Part shown: positions 44,581 through 53,268 of the stretch, piece by piece
Numbering within the stretch: position 1 is the stretch's first letter
Layout: each line of letters starts with the position of its first letter
From: Patescibacteria group bacterium
GTDB lineage: Bacteria; Patescibacteriota; Saccharimonadia; UBA4664; SCTI01
Length of the DNA stretch: 64,000 bases
Assembly (NCBI GenBank): GCA_004297735.1
Contig: SCTI01000002.1
Coordinates: 160-64,159 of the forward strand
Direction: 5' to 3'
Notes under the pieces: generated by a model
The model's input: only the letters and a program-made list of their open reading frames with translations
Databases searched by the model: none
Told to the model about the DNA's origin: nothing
Translations under genes and position numbers: made by a program

Positions 44581-45965
44581 GGCTGTGTTGGTAGTTGATA
44601 ATCCTTACCCACCATTATAACAATGTCTGCCGAAGATGCAGGTTTAGCCGCTGGATCCCCCTTAACCACCGGCGCTTTAAAGCGCTGCTGTAGGTACCTA
44701 ACGGTATATGGCTTGGTGCCATTGCTGTAGTCAACCAGCTGAGTGGTGGGTTGCTGCTGAGTTGCCGTAGTTGTACCAACCACCTGGTAACTATAGGCCG
44801 ATAACTGGCGGTTCAGCCGATCGGCCAGACCGGTTCGGCCGCTGGCGTTAACAATCTCAATCTTAGGTGACTCTTTCTTAAGGTAGCCATCGGCAAAAAT
44901 GGTATGAACCAGCTCTTGAATCTCGCTGTAGTCAAACGAGCCTGCTCGAGGCAGTAGAATCGATCCAGCCCCCTTAAAGGTGTTAGAGCCATTAACCAGT
45001 AGGCCACCCTCTTCGTTGGTGAGAACCTTGGTTGTTATGGTGTCGGTTTTAGCATCTTTTAATAACTCTGCTAATTTTTGCACTTCGTTTAGCTGCAAGT
45101 CCATCCGAACATGATCGCCAATGCCGTCAATTAAAGCGCTCATCTTGATTGGATTGGTTAAGGTCTTAGCGGCCAAAACTTCGTGGCGCAGAGCGAGGAG
45201 TACCTCTTGCTGACGCGCGGCTCGCCCAAAATCACCCTCGCATACTCCATGACGACATCGGACGTACTTTAAGGCGGTGGCTCCGTTTAGTTTTTGTGCT
45301 CCCGGCTTGAGCGAAAATGGGCAGTAATTACGGCCGTTATCGCAGGGATAATCGGGATCATAAAGCGCTTTTTCGGGATTAACCTGGACGCCCCCTACCG
45401 CATCAACCGACTGCTTAAAGGCCCCAAAATCGGCTTGAATGTAGTAATGAATTGGCAGGTCCAGGATTTGGCTAACCACCTGTTTTGACAGCTCCGGACC
45501 ACCATAGGTGCCGGCAGCGTTAATCTTAGCCGCACCATAACCTGGAATTTTAACGTACAAATCACGCGGGATGCTCAGCATGGCTACATCCTTATGGATT
45601 GGATCAATGCTGGCCACCATAATGGTGTCGGTAAGCGCGCCGGCGGTGTGCTCTGCTCCGCCCACGCCTAGCAAGAGGATGTTAATCCGGCCATCTCCCT
45701 CCCCTTTTAGGCGGGTTGGGTCAATTTGGCCTTTAAGCGCAGGGGCGCCTTGGCTCGGCTTAGCAACCACTTTTTGGCTAGCTAAAACCGCCTTAACGCT
45801 CAGCATAGCTAAAACCGCCAGTACGAGCGAGATAATAATTACCCCAATGTGCTGACGGCGATCAAGAATAGTGCCGGCGATCCGGCGGCCAAAACTAGTG
45901 CTTGATGCTCCCATTGCAATCCAGTATATCAAACTATAAGCGTAAGCGTAAAAGCTTGCTGCCAT
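44577..45965 (-). CDS. LytR-CpsA-Psr (LCP) family cell-wall polymer transferase
   Basis: TM anchor, then NILLLGVGG...TDTIMVASIDP...SIPRDLYV, typical of LCP. The start may be the Met at 45914. Confidence 0.82.
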   Translation of the reverse strand: MAASFYAYAYSLIYWIAMGASSTSFGRRIAGTILDRRQHIGVIIISLVLAVLAMLSVKAVLASQKVVAKPSQGAPALKGQIDPTRLKGEGDGRINILLLGVGGAEHTAGALTDTIMVASIDPIHKDVAMLSIPRDLYVKIPGYGAAKINAAGTYGGPELSKQVVSQILDLPIHYYIQADFGAFKQSVDAVGGVQVNPEKALYDPDYPCDNGRNYCPFSLKPGAQKLNGATALKYVRCRHGVCEGDFGRAARQQEVLLALRHEVLAAKTLTNPIKMSALIDGIGDHVRMDLQLNEVQKLAELLKDAKTDTITTKVLTNEEGGLLVNGSNTFKGAGSILLPRAGSFDYSEIQELVHTIFADGYLKKESPKIEIVNASGRTGLADRLNRQLSAYSYQVVGTTTATQQQPTTQLVDYSNGTKPYTVRYLQQRFKAPVVKGDPAAKPASSADIVIMVGKDYQLPTQP

Positions 45966-46642
45966 CTAGTTTAATCGGTATACTTGGGTCTAGTAATTTT
46001 CTTATTGTGAACCCAGATCTTAACCACCCTAACTCAACCACCGCTACCAGCGGCGAACCGACACCGTCCTTAGTTGAACGGATTTTTTCTCATTGGCTGG
46101 TTAGCTGGGTGATTATACCGGCCGCACTCATTTTCCTGCTACACAACTTTGTGTTTAGCGCTTACCACGTGGTTGGCAGCAGCATGATACCCAACCTGCA
46201 CGACTCTGACTACTTAATCATCTCTAAGGTCGGAAAGACGGTTAGCGGACTGAGCGGTCAAAAGTACACCGCTGAGCGTGGTCAAATCGTGGTCTTCCAC
46301 TACCCTAAAGAGCCACAATACGACTTTGTTAAGCGGGTGGTTGGATTGCCGGGAGAGCGAGTAGTGGTTAGAGATGGCAAGATCACCGTTTATAATACCG
46401 AACACCCAAATGGTTTTGATCCCGACACCACTCACACCACTACCGGCAGCTACACTCAGGCCGGACCGGACGATGAGCCGATTGACGTCACGGTGCCAGA
46501 AGGCAACATTTTTGTGGTTGGCGACAATCGTACACCCAATGGCTCCACCGACTCACGCGAATGGGGCTTTTTACCTAGCAGCGATATCGTGGGTAACGTG
46601 GTGCTTCGACTCTACCCGCTTAACTCAATTAAACTGTTTTAA
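45902..46642 (+). CDS. lepB: Signal peptidase I
   Basis: VVGSSMIPNL (catalytic Ser), KRVVGLPGE and GDNRTPNGSTDSREWG. The start is uncertain because the 5' end overlaps the divergent LCP gene. Confidence 0.85.
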   Translation: MMLPLQSSISNYKRKRKSLLPSSLIGILGSSNFLIVNPDLNHPNSTTATSGEPTPSLVERIFSHWLVSWVIIPAALIFLLHNFVFSAYHVVGSSMIPNLHDSDYLIISKVGKTVSGLSGQKYTAERGQIVVFHYPKEPQYDFVKRVVGLPGERVVVRDGKITVYNTEHPNGFDPDTTHTTTGSYTQAGPDDEPIDVTVPEGNIFVVGDNRTPNGSTDSREWGFLPSSDIVGNVVLRLYPLNSIKLF

Positions 46643-47537
46643 GTTTTTGCAATAATTGATCAAGCTCGGCTTGATCGCGATAACTCAGTACCAGGCTTCC
46701 GCCCTTGGCGCCGGCTTTAGCTCGTACCGAAACACCTAAACGCTGCGACACCGCCTTAATGGTGTCGGCAGAGACTGTAATTGAGTTTGAAGCTGGGCTC
46801 TTGTGAACGGATTGAGGGGCGGTAGGGGCATTAGCCTGCTGCGCTAGCGCCTCAGCCTGGCGGACGCTCAGACCCTGGTCGATAATTGCTTTCAGTAGGC
46901 CTTCCCGTTCGTCTGGGTTCACGGCCAGAATGGCACGACCATGAGCCTCCGATATCTTGCCGGCAGCTAATGCCTGCAAGGCCGCTTCGGGAAGTTGCAG
47001 TAAGCGCAGCTGGTTCGAAATCGTTGATTTGGCTCGACCCACCCGCTTGGCTACCTGGTCTAGCGACAGATTAAACTCGTCCATTAGCTTCTTGTAGGCC
47101 ACCGCCGCCTCAAGCGGGTTGAGGTTGGCGCGCTGGACGTTTTCGATCAAGGCCAGCTCTAGCTTTTGCTGTTCACCAAAACTTCGCACTATTACCGGTG
47201 CGGTGGCTTGACCGGCCAGCTTACTAGCCCTCAGTCGTCGCTCGCCAGCAATCAACTGGTAGCGGTCACCGTCTTGGCTGACAACCAGCGGCTGTAACAC
47301 GCCGTGCTCTTTAATTGAGCTCGCCAAAGCCTCCAGCTCGGCTTGATCAAACTGGGTTCGAGGTTGATGTGGGTTGGGGTCAATTTGCTCAACCTTAATT
47401 AGCTGAACGGCTTCACCTAAGTTGGCGGCTGAACTAGTGGCGATTGCGCCCGACTCGGCTGGCTCTACCCCCGTGGGCTCCAATTTGGTGGGTATCAGCG
47501 AATCTAAGCCTCGCCCTAAACCGCGTGGTTTACTCAT
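46629..47537 (-). CDS. parB: Chromosome partitioning protein ParB
   Basis: PNPHQPR and LIAGERRLRAS motifs, with an HTH. Confidence 0.9.
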   Translation of the reverse strand: MSKPRGLGRGLDSLIPTKLEPTGVEPAESGAIATSSAANLGEAVQLIKVEQIDPNPHQPRTQFDQAELEALASSIKEHGVLQPLVVSQDGDRYQLIAGERRLRASKLAGQATAPVIVRSFGEQQKLELALIENVQRANLNPLEAAVAYKKLMDEFNLSLDQVAKRVGRAKSTISNQLRLLQLPEAALQALAAGKISEAHGRAILAVNPDEREGLLKAIIDQGLSVRQAEALAQQANAPTAPQSVHKSPASNSITVSADTIKAVSQRLGVSVRAKAGAKGGSLVLSYRDQAELDQLLQKLKTV

Positions 47538-48349
47538 GCTGCCACCTTCTTTTTAGCAGCCTCAGCGGCGCCCTTTTTGGTCTTAGCCTGAGCCTTGGCT
47601 CGCTTGGTCACCTCTTTGGCGAGAGCGTTGTAGCTACGAGCACCCTTACTCCATTTGTCGTAGTGGCTGATTGGCTGACCGTAGCTGGGAGCCTCAGCTA
47701 AGCGAACGTTACGAGGGATAATGGTGTCAAAAACCTTGTCGGGAAAATGACGCTTAACCTCTTGGTGCACCTGTGCACTTAGAGTGGTACGACCGTTATG
47801 CATGGTCAAAACCACCCCCATTAAATCTAGTTCTGGGTTGAGCGCCTGGCGCACTCGCTGAACGGTCTGAATTAGCTGGCCAAGACCTTCAAGAGCGTAA
47901 AACTCGGCCTGGACCGGGATAATAAGCGAGTCGGCGGCGGTTAGGCCATTAACGGTCAACAACCCGAGCGATGGCGGGCAATCAATTAAAATGTAGTCGT
48001 ATGGTAGATCCTGGAGCGCTTGCCGCAGCTTAAACTCGCGCTGCTTGGTGTCGACCAGCTCTACCTCGGCGGCCGCTAAAACTGGGGCGGCAGGCAGCAC
48101 CACGACGCCGTTGTAGTTGGTGCGCAGAGCGGCTTCGTGGGGGTGAACATCACCGGTCAGCACGTCATATAAACTGGTGTCGACCATACTCTTATCCACG
48201 CCCAGACCGCTGGTGGTGTTACCCTGAGGGTCCAGATCGACCACCATTACTCGCGCCGAACCTTTGGCTAAAAATGCAGCCAAATTAATGGTGGTGGTGG
48301 TCTTTCCGACTCCCCCTTTTTGGTTAGCTATCGCGATAACGTGTGCCAC
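47534..48349 (-). CDS. parA: Chromosome partitioning ATPase ParA/Soj
   Basis: Deviant Walker A NQKGGVGKTT. Confidence 0.92.
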   Translation of the reverse strand: MAHVIAIANQKGGVGKTTTTINLAAFLAKGSARVMVVDLDPQGNTTSGLGVDKSMVDTSLYDVLTGDVHPHEAALRTNYNGVVVLPAAPVLAAAEVELVDTKQREFKLRQALQDLPYDYILIDCPPSLGLLTVNGLTAADSLIIPVQAEFYALEGLGQLIQTVQRVRQALNPELDLMGVVLTMHNGRTTLSAQVHQEVKRHFPDKVFDTIIPRNVRLAEAPSYGQPISHYDKWSKGARSYNALAKEVTKRAKAQAKTKKGAAEAAKKKVAA

Positions 48350-48399
48350 TCGAACCCTCTTTGTATTAGCTGAATTATACCATCAACGAGCTTGTGTTT

Positions 48400-49263
48400 C
48401 TATGGTTTTGGAGTGACCGCTACTGGTGTGGCTACCACCACAATGCGCTGAGTTTCACGGACATCGTTACAGGTGTAAATTGTTAGCTGCGGTGTCGCGG
48501 TCTGGTTGAGCACCGCCACTTCGGTACGAGGCACCACTCGCTTGGCTTGAACCGCATACTGACGACGGGTACCCTGGTTGTCGACCAAAATCAGGTCGCC
48601 TACCTCTAGCTTATCGAGATTATATAGCGTGGTGGTGTTGGGCGGCAGATACTTAAACCGGTGGCCGGCCAACACGTAGTTACCACTGTCTACGCTACCG
48701 GTTTGATTCCAGACTCCCTCAGCCCGATCCAATACCGTTAAATCGGCACCAGCCAGCACCGCTGTATCCACCCCAATCTTGGGTATCACCAGTCGGTTTT
48801 GGGTGGTTGGTGCGGCCTGCGTAAAGGTTGGTGACGGTTGAACCGCGGTAGCCGGCTGCGATGGCGCGATCATGTGGCCAACTCGATACTGGACCTCGGG
48901 TACCCAAGGGTATAGGGCGATGGCCGCGGCCAAAAAGGTTGCCACTAGGCTAGCGCGAACCACCCAACGATAGCGACCTAGATGCCGCCGCCAGTGCGAA
49001 TAAGCCGCCCGCAAGTGCTCGGCGTTGAACTGTCGCTGAACCGCCGCGGTGTCCGCCAGAACCTGCTGCACCGAGTCCGGCTGTAGTTTAAAAAAGCGAG
49101 GCTCACTGGTCAGCTGCAGCTGAAGATCAATGGGGACTTGTTTGCAAACCTTGTTGCGGCTATCTAGAAAATATCGGTATGGCCCCTTCTCCCAGGTTTG
49201 GTCGGGGCTGAACAGACTTGGAGGAGACTGCAGGTAGGCTGAGCGACTAAAAGAAGGTTGCAT
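48400..49263 (-). CDS. Sortase (class E-like by its LAXTG substrate)
   Basis: TM anchor, VLAGHR (His), LTIYTC (TLxTC Cys) and a downstream Arg. Overlaps the LAATG protein gene by 17 nt. Confidence 0.85.
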   Translation of the reverse strand: MQPSFSRSAYLQSPPSLFSPDQTWEKGPYRYFLDSRNKVCKQVPIDLQLQLTSEPRFFKLQPDSVQQVLADTAAVQRQFNAEHLRAAYSHWRRHLGRYRWVVRASLVATFLAAAIALYPWVPEVQYRVGHMIAPSQPATAVQPSPTFTQAAPTTQNRLVIPKIGVDTAVLAGADLTVLDRAEGVWNQTGSVDSGNYVLAGHRFKYLPPNTTTLYNLDKLEVGDLILVDNQGTRRQYAVQAKRVVPRTEVAVLNQTATPQLTIYTCNDVRETQRIVVVATPVAVTPKP

Positions 49264-50635
49264 AGCGGCGCCTGGCCCAGACTAAGCCAGCCAGCGAAAC
49301 CGCCATTGCCGCCGCGCCGGCCAAACTTAATATAACTGCGTTGTCGCCGGTAGCAGCTAGGCTAGATGAGCTGGCGGCGGATCCGCTGTTGGTTGTAGCC
49401 GCAGGGGCGGTACTGGTAGCTGCTGGCGCAGACGAACTAGCCACCGGCTCCGGCGTGGCAGCTGCCACAGCTACCACCAGGGTTAGCTGAGTTTGCCCAA
49501 CTGTAGCACCGCTACCATCGGTCGCCACTACGGTAACCTGATGCTGACCGTTGGCGATGCTCTGATCAGCGGTTACGGTCCAGTTACCACTCGAGTTCGA
49601 GGTGGCCTTAAACGACTTGCCGTCAACCGTAACGGTAACGGTAGAGTTTGGCTCGCTGGTACCGCTAAAGACCGGGTTAGCAGTGGTCACGTTGGTGGGA
49701 TTAGCTACGGCTACTCCGCTCACCGACTGTACCGCGGTAGCCTTGGCGGCCGCGGCCTGCACGATAAAGGCTGGCGTGGTGCTGGTGGCACCACCAAACT
49801 GAACCCACTCGCTAGCCTGATCGCCAACCTTAGCCCTGGCCTGCCACTGATACTGGCCATCATCGAGATTATCCACCGTCACACTTGGATTGAGATTGCT
49901 GCCATTAGCCGAAACCGCCGAGCCGGTATGAGTGGCCTCACCAGTAAACGGAGTGCCAATCGGTCGGACCTCAACCTCGGGCGTAACCGAGCCGCTGTTG
50001 GCATCGGTCTCAATAGTAAAACTAAGCTTAACGCTCTTTTGCTGTACCGTCCCACCGGCTGCCACCGCTTCACCGCTGGCGGTGAGCTGCTTTAAGCTGG
50101 TCGGATTAACCGCCTCAACCTCTTTAGTTGGGGCCTTGGGCTGCTCTTTTTTGGGCTGATTTAAAAACCACCAGCCAATCGCGGCGCCAACCGCAACCAG
50201 TAGTAAGACAATTAAGCCGACAACCAGCGGCCAGCGACGCTTAGGCGGCTCGGGAGCGTTTGGTACCGGTCGCGGTTCTGGTGGAGGTGGCGGAGTTTCG
50301 GCAGGCGTAGGCGCTGGGGCCGGCTTAGGGGTAGCCTCAGGAGCCTTTTTGGCGGCCGCCCTTACATACGAAGCCTTTGGCGCGGTGCTCATGCTGGTAG
50401 CTAGCGGCGTTTGGTTTACCGGGTTAGGAGCCGGGACCGGGCGGGCATGAAAAGCGCTCGCCTCATAGGCGTTGGCACTGGTGGTATTAATCTGATTGTT
50501 GGTACCCGATCCATTCAGCAGATTCATCCGCGGATTATTGGTTGGATTCGGGGTACCGCTGGTAAGTGAATCCATACTCCGTCCGTTATCACACGTACTT
50601 GAATTAAGCATAGCAATAACCATAAGCAGATTCAA
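49247..50635 (-). CDS. Cell-surface protein with internal TM anchor, Ig-like repeats and C-terminal LAATG sorting signal
   Basis: Pro-rich N-terminal region, a TM segment (WPLVVGLIVLLLVAVGAAIGWWF), and C-terminal SLAATG plus a hydrophobic stretch plus RRRY. The start is uncertain (alternative Met at 50575). Confidence 0.8.
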   Translation of the reverse strand: MNLLMVIAMLNSSTCDNGRSMDSLTSGTPNPTNNPRMNLLNGSGTNNQINTTSANAYEASAFHARPVPAPNPVNQTPLATSMSTAPKASYVRAAAKKAPEATPKPAPAPTPAETPPPPPEPRPVPNAPEPPKRRWPLVVGLIVLLLVAVGAAIGWWFLNQPKKEQPKAPTKEVEAVNPTSLKQLTASGEAVAAGGTVQQKSVKLSFTIETDANSGSVTPEVEVRPIGTPFTGEATHTGSAVSANGSNLNPSVTVDNLDDGQYQWQARAKVGDQASEWVQFGGATSTTPAFIVQAAAAKATAVQSVSGVAVANPTNVTTANPVFSGTSEPNSTVTVTVDGKSFKATSNSSGNWTVTADQSIANGQHQVTVVATDGSGATVGQTQLTLVVAVAAATPEPVASSSAPAATSTAPAATTNSGSAASSSSLAATGDNAVILSLAGAAAMAVSLAGLVWARRRYATFF

Positions 50636-50721
50636 GGGCTTTTAAGCGTTTTTTAATGATTACACACATTAAAAAACCGGCCGCCTAGCCGGAATCTTAA
50701 TAGCTTTGATTAATCGGCTAG

Positions 50722-51039
50722 CTAAGCCGACTTAGCCTTACCAATTGAGGTGACCTTAATCTGGGTGTAGCGCTGACGGTGACCGGTCAACTTTTTAACC
50801 CGCTTTTTGGCCTTAAACTTGAGCACCTTAATCTTATCGCCCTTGGTCTCGCCCAAGACCTCAGCCGCTACGACCACGCCCTTAACTCGAGGCGCGCCTA
50901 CCTCAACCTTATCGCCATCAATTACCATTAAAGGCTCAAAGGTCAGTTTTTTGGCGTCATCAGATACCAGATCAATTTCTAGGGTCTGGTTTGGCTCAAC
51001 TAAATGCTGTTTGCCGCCGGCTAAAATTACTGCTTGCAT
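50722..51039 (-). CDS. rplU: 50S ribosomal protein L21
   Basis: MQAVILAGGKQHLVEPNQ...KFKAKKRVKKLTGHRQ is the L21 pattern. Confidence 0.92.
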   Translation of the reverse strand: MQAVILAGGKQHLVEPNQTLEIDLVSDDAKKLTFEPLMVIDGDKVEVGAPRVKGVVVAAEVLGETKGDKIKVLKFKAKKRVKKLTGHRQRYTQIKVTSIGKAKSA

Positions 51040-51109
51040 GGGTATATAACCACTTAAATAACCTCACCACTATAACCAAAATCTTCAGGTTTGTAAAGAA
51101 GTAAAGGCG

Positions 51110-52222
51110 CTACGACCCAAACTGAATCTTTTTACGCCTAATCGCGATCGATTCCAGAAGGCCGACTGCGATTAGCGACACCAACAAGCTGGTGCCTCCG
51201 TAGCTGATAAATGGCAGTGGAATACCGGTCACCGGCATCAGCCCAATATTCATACCAATATTAATAAACAGGTGGAACAGCAGCATGGTGACCACGCCGA
51301 CCGCTACAAACACCCCAAAACGATCTTCGGCTCTTGAAGCAATGTAGATCCCGCGTAGCAACAGTACGGTAAATAGCAGTAGCACGATCAGGCCGCCAAT
51401 AAATCCCATTTTTTCGCTTAACACCGCAAAAATAAAATCGGTGTGTTGTGATGGTAAAAAGTTAAGTTGCGACTGACTACCGGCGGCCAACCCGCGCCCG
51501 TACAGCTGCCCACTACCCACCGCGATCGTAGACTGAACCACGTTGTAGCCGGTGCTAAGCGGGTCGGCGGTTGGGTTTAAGAACACCTCTAGACGGGCGC
51601 GCTGGTACGGTTTAAGCACAAACTGGATAAAGATTGGCAGGCTTACCACGGCGGCACCAAACAGCGCCGCAAAGTAGGTCCAGCGCACCTGGGCCATTAT
51701 CGCCATTACCAGCCAAATAGCACCAAACACTAGGGCCGTTCCTAGGTCTGGCTGAGCCAACACCAGCAGGCCAGGGACCGCCACATACAGTAACGAGATC
51801 GCCACCGGGCGAATTCGATCCATTGAGTCATAGTTGGCACTAAAGTACTTAGCCAACACCAAGATCATCACAATCTTAGCGAACTCCGATGGCTGAAACT
51901 GGAAAAAGCCAAGATCAATCCACCTGGTAGCACCCAGGGCAGTCTTGCCCAATACAAAAACCGCCAACAAGCTGACCAACATCGCCACATACAAAACCGG
52001 GGTAACCTTGCTCCAGCCACGGTAGTCCATGCGCGCCGCAAGCCCGAACCCAACCAACGCAATAACTAAAAAATAAACTTGGTGAGCAGCGTCCACCGGC
52101 GCAACCAAGTTAGCCGCCTTAAACGAGGTTGAGTAGATTACCACCACCCCCACAAGAGACAGTGCAAGCGCTGCGCCAAACAGCACCCAATCAAAGTTTT
52201 TCCAGAACCGCGACTTAAACAT
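51110..52222 (-). CDS. SEDS-family peptidoglycan glycosyltransferase (RodA/FtsW)
   Basis: 370 aa with about 10 TM segments, QPSEFAKI and LPFISYGGTS motifs. Confidence 0.88.
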   Translation of the reverse strand: MFKSRFWKNFDWVLFGAALALSLVGVVVIYSTSFKAANLVAPVDAAHQVYFLVIALVGFGLAARMDYRGWSKVTPVLYVAMLVSLLAVFVLGKTALGATRWIDLGFFQFQPSEFAKIVMILVLAKYFSANYDSMDRIRPVAISLLYVAVPGLLVLAQPDLGTALVFGAIWLVMAIMAQVRWTYFAALFGAAVVSLPIFIQFVLKPYQRARLEVFLNPTADPLSTGYNVVQSTIAVGSGQLYGRGLAAGSQSQLNFLPSQHTDFIFAVLSEKMGFIGGLIVLLLFTVLLLRGIYIASRAEDRFGVFVAVGVVTMLLFHLFINIGMNIGLMPVTGIPLPFISYGGTSLLVSLIAVGLLESIAIRRKKIQFGS

Positions 52223-52269
52223 TAAGTTCTATTATACGCGGTAAGCCGGGTCAACAAAATCTACCAAGA

Positions 52270-52289
52270 CCCTGGTGGAACTGTTGGGG
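52270..52289 (-). repeat. Degenerate copy of the tRNA-like 3' end (candidate att remnant)
   Basis: The minus strand reads CCCCAACAGTTCCACCAGGG. Compare CCCCATAGCTCCACCAGG (RNA A) and CCCCACAGCTCCA (RNA B). Read on the plus strand, it equally resembles the RNA A leader CCTGGTGGA...GGGGC. Confidence 0.5.
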
Positions 52290-52383
52290 CGCCTCTCTAA
52301 CCCAGATTCTGGCAGATAGCAGTTTTACACGCTATTTGCAGGGTGGGCATTTGACTATCGGATGGCGCTTTGCGCATGCTGAA

Positions 52384-52403
52384 GACCCACCGATCGGTGG
52401 GTC
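52384..52403. repeat. Perfect 20-nt palindrome upstream of the 61-aa gene
   Basis: GACCCACCGATCGGTGGGTC. A second hairpin, GCGGGG (52427-52432) with CCCCGC (52446-52451), abuts the RBS. Confidence 0.85.
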
Positions 52404-52467
52404 CCGAGGTCCACTGGCAAGGGGACGCGGGGCAACGTACTACAACCCCGCAAAGGAGGTGGAGTAC

Positions 52468-52653
52468 ATGGGAAAGCCAAAGTTCGACACCCAGTCGAAC
52501 AACTCGAATGCGTGGGTCGGTGTCCGCGAAGGTCAGGACAGATCATCCGGCAAGACGCATACCGAGATCATCGTGCATGACAAGAGCAACAACGATCACG
52601 CTCACGTCGGCATCGATAAGAGCGGCAATCAGATATATCGCCGTGATCGCTAA
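52468..52653 (+). CDS. GC-rich small hydrophilic protein, 61 aa
   Basis: AAAGGAGG RBS with ATG at 52468. MGKPKFDTQSNNSNAWVGVREGQDRSSGKTHTEIIVHDKSNNDHAHVGIDKSGNQIYRRDR. Third codon positions are mostly G/C. Confidence 0.55.
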   Translation: MGKPKFDTQSNNSNAWVGVREGQDRSSGKTHTEIIVHDKSNNDHAHVGIDKSGNQIYRRDR

Positions 52654-52662
52654 ATAGCGACA

Positions 52663-52683
52663 CCGAGGCCCTTCCGGCCTCGG
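52663..52683. terminator. GC hairpin between convergent islet genes
   Basis: CCGAGGCC-cttcc-GGCCTCGG, an 8-bp stem. Confidence 0.55.
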
Positions 52684-52699
52684 GCCGGGAGGGCCTCAT

Positions 52700-53026
52700 C
52701 TATACGCGGCGCGTCAGGCCATCCTCGCGAGCTACTCCCTCACCGAACGCCGATGCAATCGCGCTGTAGCGCGCGAGGAGCACCAGAGCGTTCGCAATCT
52801 CGCCATGCTCAGCCGGTACGAGAAACTCTCGCATCCACGCTGAGTTCGGAGTCGCAGCCATTATGTCCGCGAGCACAGCAGCCTCTTCGGGATCTGCTGC
52901 CGCCCAACGATCACGAATCAGCTTCGAAGCTTGATCGATCGATCGGTCATCGAAGTCGTCCTCGTCGAAGCGACGGCGCATTTCATCGCGCAGCTCGACC
53001 AAGTCTTGTAATTCACTGTTACCCAT
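52700..53026 (-). CDS. GC-rich acidic helical protein, 108 aa, unknown function
   Basis: ORF MGNSELQDLVELRDEMRRRFDEDDFDDRSIDQASKLIRDRW... is divergent from the recombinase gene. Confidence 0.55.
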   Translation of the reverse strand: MGNSELQDLVELRDEMRRRFDEDDFDDRSIDQASKLIRDRWAAADPEEAAVLADIMAATPNSAWMREFLVPAEHGEIANALVLLARYSAIASAFGEGVAREDGLTRRV

Positions 53027-53268
53027 GGCTTTATTGTCGAACAGGCCAGCGACTCATGCAAGCACGAGCGTGTCCAATCGCCCGTCCGATCGCGTCAGAG
53101 TGCTCGCTCCTGAACTTCCCGCATTCAGGCGCTTTCCGCTCGATTAAGGCCTAGGACTATCTAGGGCCCTTTGCCCTCCCTTACTACAAACGCCTCCAGA
53201 TCTGGCAAAATACGTATTGGCTTAACTACTGATACGAGCTAAGATCCTTAACGAAAGGAGGTGCACAT

